From positions 62,001 to 126,000 of the forward strand of contig CAXHJY010000899.1 of the NCBI GenBank assembly GCA_964016885.1: 64,000 nt of DNA, given 5' to 3'. Under the pieces are notes generated by a model. The model was not told the origin of the DNA. It ran no database searches and saw only the letters and a list, made by a program, of their open reading frames with translations. Position numbers and translations under genes: made by a program. The DNA is from Eledone cirrhosa. Taxonomy: Eukaryota. Of this stretch, positions 25,505-37,954 are shown piece after piece (position 1 is the stretch's first letter; every line of letters starts with the position of its first letter).

Positions 25505-25845
25505 CTTAGGCCCTGTAATTCTAGAGGGAGTTGTAGGGGTGCCATATTGACATACAGCATTTCTAGGGCATTTTTAAACCTGGTGGAGCCCAACTCCTCT
25601 CTATGTCTGAATACAGTAGATGCTTTCCAGAGAAGGATAGAGAATTGAGAGAATGGAGGTGAGTAAGAGATATAGAGGAAGAATTGGCCCCAGTACTCAA
25701 CTAGTACTTTTTTTATCAACCTTAAATGGATGAAAGGCAAAGTTGACCTTGGTAGGATTTGACCTCTGAGAGTAGAGAGCTAAAACAAATACCACAACAT
25801 ATTCAATCTGACATTCTAATGACTCTACTAATTTGTCACCTTTAG
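25505..25845 (-). mobile_element. SINE S2 variant with an alternative 3' tail (also 42630-42915)
   Basis: S2 core ggatgaaaggcaaagttgacct joined to gggagttgtagggg...ttccagagaa.gatag, shared by both copies. Confidence 0.75.
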
Positions 25846-26645
25846 TAAAAAGATTAGAAACATTAAAAGTAATTCCAATTTGAGTTTCTGTTTAAAATAA
25901 AAGTCAACTATATTTTTAAGATTCAATTGACTAGAGTATTTGTAATGAGGTAGCTAATTTAATATTTAGAGTTGAAAAAGGTAACATAAAAAAAATATAA
26001 CTGACTTTTTGATTATTAATGATGCATATTTCATCAATTTTTGAGAAGTCTTAGCCCAAGGTCAACAATAATAGTGACTTGACCTCTATATTCTACATTT
26101 ACATCATTAACTAAAGCAAGGTCTATTTGAAGTTTAGCTTGCTTACTTCGATAAAAGCAAACAATTCACAGAATATAACAGTCAAATGATTTTGATTATA
26201 CAGGAAATAATAGGAAGATATTGGCAGAAACTTGCAGATATTTCATCATTTCCTTATGAAAATTAAATTTTGTTGTTATTGCTGATGTTTAGCCCTAGGG
26301 TAGTCATGATTGAGCCAATCTATGGTCAAAGCAATCCAGCTTTGATCACCCTGTCTTTTATTTAGACAAAGTATATATCTAGGGCTACCTTATCTAATAT
26401 GTTTTATTCTAAAAGACTGCAGAATAAGATTTGAGGAAGATTTGACTGCTATGCTTAGCAGGTTGAGTGACCAATAGAGACTTCTTCATTGGTTCACTGT
26501 TGTTTTCGTTGTTGAACATCCTAATTAACAGAAATAATTAATTAAGTGTTAGGTAGTAATCTATCTATAGTGTCAGTAATATACCCAATATTTCATACTG
26601 TAGATTTTTATTAGGATTATCTCATATCTATTATACAGTTCTTTG

Positions 26646-27306
26646 CAGTGCTGGATTAACCTAGTAGCAAGAGAAGCATGTGCTAGCTATGGGCTCCACA
26701 TTCTAAGAGGCCCTATGCTAAATGCTTTATACTATAGTACTACAATGATTTTTAGCTTTATGGCAGACAATATTGTTTAAAGCTAATCCAATAGTCTAAG
26801 GCAGGCATTGGGCAACCTTTATCGAGCAGTTGGCTGTATAGGATGTGGCTCATCATAAGGCAGGTTGCATTACTAAAAAATTCAAGGTAATTTTTAAAGC
26901 CAAATGGGTTGCATGCAACTCATGGGCCAGTTTGCCCATAACTGATTTAGGGGTTACCCTGTGACAATTTTTCAAAAGTAAATTTATCCCCACTCTTTTT
27001 TGTTCAGTAATTTGAATTTAGATCATTAAAATAATATAGCATCTGACAAATACAGATGAATAGAAAGAATGACTAACAAATGTTCAGCCATGTTTCTTTC
27101 TACATTGTAGATTACTACATTGGTATTACAGTAATAAAAAATATATAATACAGATCATTAAGTCCAAAATGACAACAACAAAAATAATAAATTAACACTT
27201 TAGTAAAAAAAAAATTAAAAAATTGGCCTACTTCAAAGTTTCAGATTTTCTTTTTTTTTTAAATATACAGATGAAAAAAATAAGTACAAATCTTAATCCA
27301 GCCCTG
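26646..27306. mobile_element. hAT-like non-autonomous element containing a nested hAT/Charlie MITE
   Basis: cagtgctggattaa ... ttaatccagccctg TIR; 8-bp flanks gttctttg / gttttttt. Confidence 0.7.
26802..26944. mobile_element. hAT-Charlie-like MITE
   Basis: caggcattgggcaa ... tttgcccataactg; flanks gtctaagg / atttaggg resemble the NTCTAGAN target. Confidence 0.65.
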
Positions 27307-28865
27307 GTTTTTTTGTTTTTTTTTGTTATCTTTAGATTGTTAAGTTTAGAAACTTTACAATTATGAGTTCAAATCCTACCAAAGTCAACTTTGCGTTTCA
27401 TCCTTCCAGTGTTGATAAACTAGAGTAACATTTAATCAACTATAGTCCTCTCCAAAACTCGAGGCTCTGTGCCCATATTAGAAATCATTGTCTTTATGGC
27501 ACCTTCTTCAATGACTCAGTTCTTACAAGTTCAAATCTTAGCTTGGTTGATTTAAACTTATTATTTCAAGATGACTATAATACTAGCAGTGAAACAGGTT
27601 GAATATAACCCATTTTTTTTATCTTCAAAGAAGAGAGAAAAAGGAAATAAAGGAAGACTAGATAAATCCTGATTTACCATTACTATTGCAAAAAACACAC
27701 AAGTGAAGAATGTGAAATAGTTGCCTGGGAAAATAAAAACTAAAAACAAAACAGAAACAAACAAATAACCACATTGTAATTATGTGGTAAGTATAAACAA
27801 GTGGTGTAGTGAGGAGAAAGTGAAAAGAAGTGAAAGTAGTTTTTGTTTTGTTTTTGTTTGTTTTGTTTAGTCATTTCATCTAACAAGTGAAGAGACACAC
27901 CCAGACTTGGTGGGATTAGAATATCTACACTAAAAATAATACAATTGGTTCGTGATTTTCCACTTCTTTCTAAACTGGAGCACATTAATTAAAATATAAA
28001 CAAGTTTTCCAATGTGAACTGCTAACTTAGGATGATGTAATGTTAATTACAAAGTCCTCCACCCTGTTATAATCTAAAAGTCTAAATAAAGTCTGTCTCA
28101 AGCCCAAAGGCTCATTAAGCAAATACTTGTCCTGGTTTCCTTGGTGTCAAGCGACTGAGAGTACAACACATCCCCTTGGACAGGACACTAGTCTATTGCA
28201 GTGTTACTTCATTGATTGTTGGATGTTAAAACCTTCTCCCGTCAAAATTTATAAAATAATTACTCCAAATGTTTGAAGATACTTGGTGAAAATATGCTCT
28301 TTTACTTGTTCCATTCATTGAATTGTGGCATGTTGGAGCACCACCTGCAAGGGCTTTAAGTTGATCATATCAGTCTAGTATTTATTGCACTATGGCATAT
28401 ACTTTATCAATCTCTATCAAACTGATGAGTTAATGTTTGACATAAATAGATGAAACTTAATGTCCTGCTTTATACCATTACACACAGCAATAGTCTATGA
28501 CACAGTTTCTGTTTAATAAATTCCACACACAAGGTATTGGCCAAGTTACTGTATAGTGTGATTGAATATTGAACCACATAGCTGCAATGTAAACTTCTTA
28601 ACTCCACAACTATTTTTTAAAGTAATTGGACTGTGGCCATGCATAAGCTCTGCATTCTAAGGTGCCAGGATTAAGTAGTCTCCAGTACTTATTTTATTGA
28701 CCTTAGAAAAATAAAAAACAAAATGAATTGGTGTATGATTTGAACCCAGAATGTAACCAAATGCTGCAAAGAATTGTATACAATGCTTTACCAATTCAGT
28801 TAACTACCTACCAATACATCTGACATGATGTAGAAAACAGTAGAATATCAGACAAAATGTCTTGC

Positions 28866-28949
28866 AGAGCTTGGTTACAAGTATAAGTATAGAGCTTGGT
28901 TATAAATATAGAGTTTGGTTATAAGTACAGAGCTTGGTTACAAGTATAA
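28866..28949. repeat. ~21-bp tandem repeat agagcttggttaYaagtat x4 inside a decayed S2 SINE
   Basis: Directly visible. Confidence 0.85.
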
Positions 28950-29944
28950 ATTGTGATGTGGTTAGCTCTGCTTTTCATTCCTTTCAGAGTATATAAAATA
29001 CCAGTCAAATATTGAGTCAATTTAATTGGCTGTACTCTCTTACAAGATATCTGATCATGTGTCTAAGATAGAAATCAACATATTTGGCATGATGGATTTG
29101 TTGGCCAACCCATTGAATTGGCTATGACATGGTCCAGAGCTAAAACAAATCATCAAATATATCCAAATCAACAAAGGCCTCACTGGTAAGAACCAGTGCG
29201 CATAAGAACCATAACTCATGGATTAGTTTCAAATTAGAAACCCTGTCCAAATGTTAGCAAAATGAAGGACAGTACTGAAGTCACTGGAAGGCCAAGTTGT
29301 GGTGATCATATTACACAAGCCATGAGGAGGCAATTCTCTGTAATATAGATAATATATTTTAAATACTATGGTAGTTTAAGCAATGTTGCTGTTCTTTAGC
29401 ATTTGATACTAAATCTCATTTTAGAAAGCACATCCTAATTGTCAGTAGTTCACTATGAGTCCACACAACATCCACCATTTATTTCGCAAGCAATTCATCA
29501 TTTTCATCAACCACCTCCATCGCCATTAGCAGTCAGTAGATTTTTCTCCCACTCACAGGAGGTGCTGGTAATATACTACAAGAAAGATTGCTAAATTGTG
29601 TTCTATTTTTATAATCCCTACACAACTGTCTACTTACTTTGTGGAAACAGAGGACAGGAGGTGAGGGAAGAAAGTTTCTGTGATCCTACAAAAGTTCAAA
29701 GTTCAACAAAGCAGAAGAGAAATCAATTTTGGTGGTGGTGGTTTTGTTATCAGATAGGATCCAGTCAAGGCTGGGTTTCAACAATCTTTACAGTTCAGAA
29801 TAGTTTGGGCCAGGGAAAAAACTAGGTTAATAAATACATTTGTTTTTTGTCAACTGTAAATGGTAAAGGATGGGGACACGAGAACATCGTGGCTGTCAAA
29901 ATAGCTCATTGCCTTTTGGTGATTGAAACCCATGTTAAACAAAG

Positions 29945-30445
29945 AAATACACTATACAACTAATCCAATTATGTGTTCAATTACACTTTAATAAAATGTT
30001 GGCCTAAACTAAAACCACTAAAAAAAAGGGGGTCCTACACTGTAAAACAACTGTAATAAAATTCTGACACACACAATAAAATCAACACTGAATTCTGACC
30101 CAGACTTTAAAAAACACTCTAAGATGTTGACTTACACTATAATACCACTCCACAAAAACTCTAACCTAGACTTTAATATAAGACCAATACTATATAACCA
30201 CTCCAATCAAATTGACCTACACGAAAATCTTCCCAAAATACAAGTGTATAAACATTATAAATAACATGTAAACACTATGATTCCCCCCCCCCCCCCCCCC
30301 ACATACTATAAACTACTTTCCAAAAAATGCTGACTTACACACTATAAGCAGACTTTCCAAAACTGCTGACCTACACAAAAAAAACCAATCTCTCAAAAAT
30401 ACTCACCTTCACTATAAAACCACCCCAACAGTCTGTACACTACAT
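29945..30445. repeat. degenerate minisatellite built on (ct)gacctacactataaaaccactcc
   Basis: The motif recurs with ~30-35-bp spacing. Confidence 0.65.
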
Positions 30446-30569
30446 TCTTAGTCAAAGTAAACTACCATATATTAATATTAAAAATGTGCTCATATGCAGA
30501 GATGCTATAAAATAGCTTATAAAATAGGATGAAGACCCTTAAAGACGAAAAAAAAAGTTGCCATCTGCT

Positions 30570-30914
30570 GGAGGCACATGGCTTAGTGGTTAGAGCATTG
30601 GTCTTGCAATCGAAAGGTTGTGAGTTCAATTCTCAGACCAGGTGATGTGTTGTTTCCATGAGCAAGACACTTTATTTCACATTGCTCCAATTTACTCAGC
30701 TGTAGAAATGAGATGATAGGGACTGGGGTCCCTATCATTCCACTGCAAAGTGGTCATGGAGGTGCCACGGCAAAAAAGCACGCAGCACTCACTGTAAATG
30801 AGGTTGGTGTTAGGAAGGGCATCCAGCTGTAGAAATCAAGCCAGAATCAGTTCCCGTCCCACCCTTGCAAGCAGGGAAAAGCGGACGTAAAATATGATGA
30901 TGATGATGATGATG
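30570..30914 (+). mobile_element. full-length SINE S1: tRNA head + CORE-like domain + hairpin + RTE-derived tail
   Basis: A box tggcttagtgg; B box gagttcaattc. cc.tgagcaagacacttta...agctgtagaaatgagatgata resembles the CORE-SINE domain. The 3' part matches the RTE-A UTR, and it ends in (GAT)n. Confidence 0.9.
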
Positions 30915-31693
30915 CTATGAAGAATCAAACCCCATATTTCCCAGGGTTCAATTCTTCGTAATGGCTGAAGGCAACTTCTTTTTCAATCTTTAAGAATCTT
31001 CACCCTATTTTTATGCTATTTTATAGCATCACCATCCATGAGCACACCATTCTTTATATTAACTCTATCTTCTCAGTGCTTCATAAAAGTCCGAGAGATC
31101 GACTATGTATATACCACTTGTAAATATTTCATGAAATGATACGTCATCAGATCCTGTAATCTAAAAACCAAGATGCTAGGGGAAAATAATTTCTTAAACC
31201 ACAGCCTTCCTGGTGGATATTACTAATCTATTAACTTTTCTAAGTCAACAATCCTATCATTAGTTTTGATCAATAATTATAGCAAATAATAACCTTTGTC
31301 ATTTAATCAATAACTTATAACTCAAGTTTATGCCACAGTCAAGTGCACCACATTTAAAATATTAATGTTTAAAATTTTCTCCACCAAGCTGTTCCAACCT
31401 TCAGCAGCCACTATCATGCATTTACAATAGTTCCTGCACATTATAACTGATTTGGCAAAACTTACATAAATGTGGGATCTAGTTTTCTTCTCTTCGCAGA
31501 GCATAGTTTTCCAGGCAAGTATTTTTATCACTAAATTAGTCTAAAGATATTTCCAAGAAACAATATTTATGATTTTAGACTAAGTAGTTCTGATATTTTG
31601 GATATTGGGTTGATTGGGCTTGTCTCAAAGGGGTTATGCCGAGTCTTCTGACTAGTTTTGTTGTAGTAACCAATATTAGATTTGTGTAATGAT

Positions 31694-31889
31694 TTAACCC
31701 TTTAGCATTTAAACCGGCCGTATCCAGCCAGAATTCTCTCACCTCTTTCTGTTCAAACTGGCTGTAACCGGCTGCTCATACTTATGTTAAGGTATTGTTC
31801 TCAAAATAAATAATATAGAAATCTTGTAGATTTGATATTATGTAAGATAATTATGCAAAAATACACTAGTAAATATAGAATAATGTAAA
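31694..31889. mobile_element. piggyBac-like MITE PB1, reverse orientation, truncated by an S2 SINE
   Basis: TTAAccctttagcatttaaaccggccg. Confidence 0.85.
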
Positions 31890-32539
31890 GAAACCTTATC
31901 TTCTAAGAAAGGCAAATTGGCAGAAATCATAAGAGTTGGACAAATTCCTTACACTATGTAATTTTATATTTCTATGTTCAATTCCCCCAAGGTTGAATTT
32001 ATCTTTTATCACTTTGAGATCAATAAAATAAGAATCAGTAATATACATAGGTGCAGGCAAATATGTGTGATAGAAAAAAACACATTTCACATCACCTTGG
32101 GTCTTCTACCATAGCCTCAGGTTGGCCAGTAACTTGTAAGTGAAATTTGGTTGTCAGAAACTGTGCAGAAGACCATCAAATATATATGAGTGAGAGTGTC
32201 AGTGTTTGTGGTGTCCATGTCTATGTTTACACTGGTCTAAAAATCAGTGCAATCGTTTGTAACTTATCAGTAAAAAAAATAAAATTGATAAAATAAGTAC
32301 TGCACAGAACAAGCACTGTAGTAAATATGATCAACTAAAGCTTTGAAGACAGTGTCCCAGTATGACAGCAATAACTGACACCAGTAAAAGGATAGAACAC
32401 AGGACCTGTTTCAATCAGCTCCAATAAAACAGTACTCTGATACCCATCTGGTAGTTCTACTGTTCTTGTTGTTGGTTCACCTCTGGTCAGCATTGAAAGA
32501 GTAAACCTATGATCAAAGGAGTTCCAACTGTGGATATTA

Positions 32540-33213
32540 TCTATATTACTAAAACAGAGAATGTCTGTCTGTCCAATCACTAAAACTCGAGAACCACTCA
32601 ACCAAGTTTTTTCAAACTTTACACATGTAATACTTATGGTCCCGTGAGTGTTTTGAGCAAAAATAATTTCAAATTTTCAATGCCCTAGGGACTGCATTAG
32701 GCGATTTAGCGATCTCTCTCTATAATTCTTAGTCTTTCTCTTTTTAGACAGATACATAGATATAACGTTGTGCCCTTATAATATCTGTCTGTATGCCTGA
32801 CTGTCTGCATTACGTCATTATGACGCAATCAGTGTGTGTGTGTATATATGTATATATAGTGTATGTATATATATATATTCTTATGCCAGGGAACATCTTC
32901 ACGAACCAAAGTATCGTCTTCCTGTTTTCCTTCGGTTGCAACGTTTTTCGAAATATTTACATCTGCGTTCACAGATTGATTTTTTTTTAGTTTCAGAAGA
33001 TCCCGAAAGCAGCGATTCTTTTTTTAAACTTTAATCTGTTATTTTAATATATATATATATATAATTATATATTCGTGTACAGATATTTTTGCATACACAA
33101 TAACAAAATATAAACAAATGTATTTATTTCACGAGGCTCGATAAGGATAAATATATATCAAATATATAAGAACCCTAGAGCAAATCCCGAGCAACGCCGG
33201 GCCATTCTGCTAG
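32540..33213 (+). mobile_element. non-autonomous Helitron inserted in an R3 repeat
   Basis: A|TCtatattactaaaa...gtctgtctgtc 5' end; subterminal hairpin cccgagcaacgccggg (33186-33201); CTAG|T 3' end; no TSD; CpG-rich. Confidence 0.9.
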
Positions 33214-33631
33214 TATCTTTATATGTTTGCTTTTTGACAGCATATTTAAAACTACATTATTCGGTTCATAGCAGCTTGTTTAATGCAAAATGCTGTTCAT
33301 CATTGCTTCTGAATTCATTATCTCAACATCATTACCTGCTCTGCTTACCTACAGTTATGTGAATAACCTAGATTAAAATATTGCCAGTATTTTCCATGGC
33401 CAAAGTAGTTATGGCAGATCTTTAACAACACTTATCTTTTCATATTCACCAATAACATCAATCAGAGATTCATTCATAATCAATACTCCAGCAGTCAATG
33501 GTTTTCAGCTTCATCTAGATACAGATACTTTCATTCGACAAGATCAATAAAGCTTCACTAAGAGATGATTCCACAAAACTTCATTTTGGGTACATTTGTA
33601 CTCAGAAAAACATCTACACAATGTTCAAAGG

Positions 33632-33667
<36 letters not shown>

Positions 33668-34008
33668 CCACACTCAGACATATATATACATTTATATCAC
33701 CATATATACATTTATATCACCATATATACATATACATACAATAAAGTTCATTTATGGTGCAACCTTGACTTCATTCCTGCTTACTTGTATTTACACTCTG
33801 CATGTCACAGCGACCTTAACCTTGGAGTACACTGAAGTATAAAGCCCACACGAGACTGAACCTCATAATAGTATTGAGTGCTTTAACCAACAAATCACTT
33901 GTAACTATAGTTACACACGCACAAATATATATACAACATAAAAAGGATGATGATGTCCAATACAAGCAAGCATGGAAAAACATGTAAAAAAAGGGTGATG
34001 ATGATGAT

Positions 34009-35136
34009 CATCATCATCACCGTTTTACGTCCATTCTTCCACGCTAGCATGGGTTAGACGGGTTGTCCTGTTGTGGGCAGTGTCTGGTTGGCTGACCATG
34101 CCTTGCTCATACAGGAACTGATTTGGCTTGATTTCTACAGCTGGATGCCCTTCCTAACACCAACCTCATTTACAGTGAGTGCTGGGTGCTTTTTCGTGGC
34201 GCCTACACGTCCACTTTACAGTGTGGGCTGGGTGCTTTTTTTGCCGTGGCACCTCCACGACCACCTTGCGGTGGGGGGGGGAGCATATTGTCTATATGCT
34301 TCAGCTTGTACCCATGGGAGGTCGGGTACTCTGTATTACTGCGTGACGCCAGAAGTCACGGTCGTGTGTCATTGTCTTTGAGAGGTGTAATTGGGTAAGG
34401 TCGGCTTTTATCACCTCATCCCAAGTCATCTTGGGTCTCCCCACTCCGCGGTTTCCATTAACTTCTAGTGCTCTGCACCTTTTTATGCAGCTGTCATCCT
34501 TCATACGCATCACATGTCCATACCAGCGCAACCGCCTCTCCTGCACACAGCATTTGATTCCTCTTATGCTCAGTCTCTCTCTCAATTCATTTATGCTTTG
34601 TCGTTCACGTATATTACTGTTACACATCCATCGGAGCATGCAGGCTTCGTTTCTCTCTAATCTCCGTAAGTCTTCCACCTTCAGTGCCCAGGTCTCACTA
34701 CCATGCAACATCGTTGTTCGGATACACGCATCATACAGTCTGCCTTTCATTCTGAGGGAGAAGCCTTTTGCAGCTAGCAGTGGTAGTAGTTCCCTAAACT
34801 TCTTCCATCCCGTTCTTACCCTAGTTATTGTACTTTCTGAACACCCACCTCCGCTGCTAATTCGGTCACCTAGGTAGCAGAAGCTGTCTACTGTTTCTAC
34901 AGGGCCCTCCCAGAGATTGGTGGTACTTGTTTCCTGTGGCTGTTTGCTGCTTGCTGTCTCAGCACAGCTGCTGCATGTGAATCCTACATTCTTAATTAAG
35001 CTTCCTGAGATCTCGCTACATCTCTTGTGTACCCATTGTTTGCATTTGGGGCAGAGAATGGAGTTCCTACCTACACCTTTCCTACATACTGAGCAAGGCC
35101 ATTTCCCTGAGGGGATCTGGGTTCTGTTTTCTCGTC
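34009..35136 (-). mobile_element. 5'-truncated RTE LINE, subfamily A (PHD + C-terminus + 3' UTR)
   Basis: Near-identical to 39836-40966; ORF 34301-34750; (CAT)n tail. Confidence 0.97.
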
Positions 35137-35574
35137 ATAGATACATATTTAGATATATGCACAGTTATATATATATATATAAATAGATGTGTGTATCCCA
35201 GATTTTTTTAATTACTCCAGTCAGTAAAATTTCTTTCCACAGTTTTTCCATTCTTTTTTGAAGTTCTCCATTTGCTTACTTCATGGATTTTTCGTCAACA
35301 CATACCACCCACCAACCTCCTAACTACCACCTTTAGATGACATTGTCTCGCACCTCCCCTCATTTTCACAACCTTTCCGGTCATTGCTTTCCTCACTCAC
35401 TTACCCTGTTATATCACCAAGGTTGATTCCTACTCTACGGTCTGCTGCTGCTGTTCTAAGTAAAGTAAGATTATGATTATGGGGAAGATGTAGACTCCAC
35501 AAGCTATAGTAAAGGCACATATCTAGCAGGGCAGTGACTCCAATTAAAAACAAACTGCACAGGGCAGATGGGGA

Positions 35575-35785
35575 CTCCAAAATTGATAGAAGTAGTTAGA
35601 GTAAGTGACAGAATCATAAAGCTTAGAATAGCTGTAGGAAATAGAATGGTGACAATTACACCAACCTATGCTCCGCAGGCAGGACTGGGTAAAGACCAAC
35701 AGGACAAGTTCTATGAGGAACTTTTACAGACAACTTCAGGTACTGATAAAAAAGACCTCATCATTCTGGCAGGTGACTTCAATAA
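35575..35785 (+). mobile_element. isolated RTE AP-endonuclease fragment
   Basis: VVRVSDRIIKLR...YAPQAG...KFYEEL...IILAGDFN. Confidence 0.9.
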
Positions 35786-37701
35786 GTGAAGCTAGGAATC
35801 TTAACTAGGGAGATATAATTATTTTAATAACCACAGAAAAAAATATATAATTTAGAAATGTCTGTAGTGGGTAAGATAGTGAACTCTTGACCAAAGCAAC
35901 AGTGATTCAGACTTGGTATTATATTGTGTAGTAAAATATTGTACTTGTCATCAAACTCATAGGGGTGAAAACATTTGGTCATCTGGGTCCCCAAACCACC
36001 ATTCAGTGTATATCCCTTGCAATCTTCCAGATGGGAGTGATGGGAGTGTTATGAACTAATTGTTGTTGTTTTTTACACTAATACTTTAGATATTGGTGAT
36101 TAACAAAAAGAGTAACCAGCTGTGAAAATACTTTCTGTTCCAACAACATACAAATAACTAAATTAAATATTCTACTTTACAGTCAGTCAACTAACATGAT
36201 GATAGTTACCACACCTATTCTACAATTGAATAGATGTTGTTGGGGAAGTCACACAGGGCTGTAAATCACAACTTCAATTTCATTCTCTACTCACCCCCAA
36301 CTATTCCAGCCATATCAATATGTAGATTCTTCCCCCTACCCACTCAGCTGACCCTCCTTTCCATGATATCAACATCTGCTTAAGCAATTTAATATGACTT
36401 GACATCCAACACAGATCAATAGCTACCAAGAGACCCAATCCTTGTTTATCACCAGCTTGCTTGCTGTCACACCATCAGACAACATTAATTATTTCACATG
36501 TGAGGTAAGGGGGGGGGGGGGGGGGCAATGTTTTTCATTGAAAAAAAAACCTTTCTGTTTGGCAAAAATCTATTTTAGCCAAGCTAGACTTCACATCTAG
36601 AATTTTCCCTGACAAAAAAATCTGACAATCTGACACAACTGTGCCCTTGGGTAGAGAAGGTATAGTTGATGAAATCAACCCCAGTACTCTGAGAGAGAGA
36701 GAGAGAGATTAACAGAATATGTGCAACATTTATAATACTCCCAGAAACTAATCTTACTCTTTTATTCTTGTCAAACTGACAGAATTGTTAGAACATAGGA
36801 CAAAATGTCTAACAAGATTTTATCTGGCTGTATATATTTTGAGTTCAAATCCTGCTAAGGTCAACTTTATCTTTCATCTTTTCAGGGGTTGATAAAATAA
36901 AGTACTAGTCTAGAGTGGGGGACTAATGGAATTTTTAGAGTAATAGAGGAAATACTTCACAGTATTTGTTCCAGCTCTTTACAATTCTAAGTTCTAATCC
37001 CACCTACTTGGATGGTAGACATAATCCATTGCCCAGTTTAACACCACCACCACCACCACCTGGGCCTTGGGTGCTTTTAGCAAAGTTTACTCTACTGCAA
37101 GTATTTTGAGCAGGTCTCTAGTGTATAACTGTTATAAGTTTACATGGACAACTCAACAACAAATTTGTTATTTAAATGTTCTATTTCATAAACTCACACA
37201 AACTGCAACAGAAAATGACTGATACCCATTTATCAGACTGATCAAAATGATGAAACTAAAATGATTAATAACCCTCCCACCTCTTAACAGCCACTTCAAA
37301 GGTCATGATAACAAGCAAAAGAGGAAATATTTATTTGTGCACTCAATTCAGTCGATGGACTTCCATCAGTTTCAACAATGAGTGTTTTAGTTATTCAAAC
37401 AACAGACCAGCCTGCATATGAAATTAATGGGTAATTGGATAAGCATTCCACAGACATGTGTACTTTTAATGTAATTCTCAAGGAGATTCAGCATGATACA
37501 GTGCATGACAAGGCTGGCCTTTTGAATTACAAGTACAGCCCTTCCGATAGGCTTCCAAACAGTTTCTCACTAATTCTGTCTACTTACCCAAGACACCATG
37601 CAGTGAAATGAAACCCAGAACCTAATGATTGTGAAACAAACCTCTTAACCATTCAAGCATGCTACATCTACAAATTGTGCACTAAGCAAATGGAGTATAC
37701 A

Positions 37702-37954
37702 TTAACCCTTTAGCATTTACATTACTCTATATTTACTATTATACTTTTATAGTAAAGGCTTTACCTCATAATTATCTCACATAATATCGAATCTGTGAGA
37801 TTTTGATATTATTTATTTTTAGACAATACCTAACAATACCTAAAAATATCTAACAATACAAGATCAGTATGAGTGGACAGTTACAGCCAGTTTGAACAGA
37901 AAGAGACAAGAGAATTCTGGCTGGATATGGCCGGTTTAAATGCTAAAGGGTTAA
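37702..37954. mobile_element. piggyBac-like MITE PB1, complete
   Basis: TTAA|ccctttagcattta ... taaatgctaaaggg|TTAA (14-bp perfect TIR). Confidence 0.95.

Noticed and set aside
25327-25740. 137-aa ORF (similar peptide in 42548-42904)
   Set aside because: Chance frame through SINE S2 sequences; the similarity comes from the shared repeat.
30570-30645. tRNA gene
   Set aside because: tRNA-like SINE head continuing into CORE and LINE-derived modules in several copies; not a stand-alone tRNA.
31480-31521. Plus-strand 15-nt micro-exon with a GC donor (cgcag|agcatagttttccag|gcaagt)
   Set aside because: Isolated, on the opposite strand to the other candidates, and expected by chance in 64 kb.
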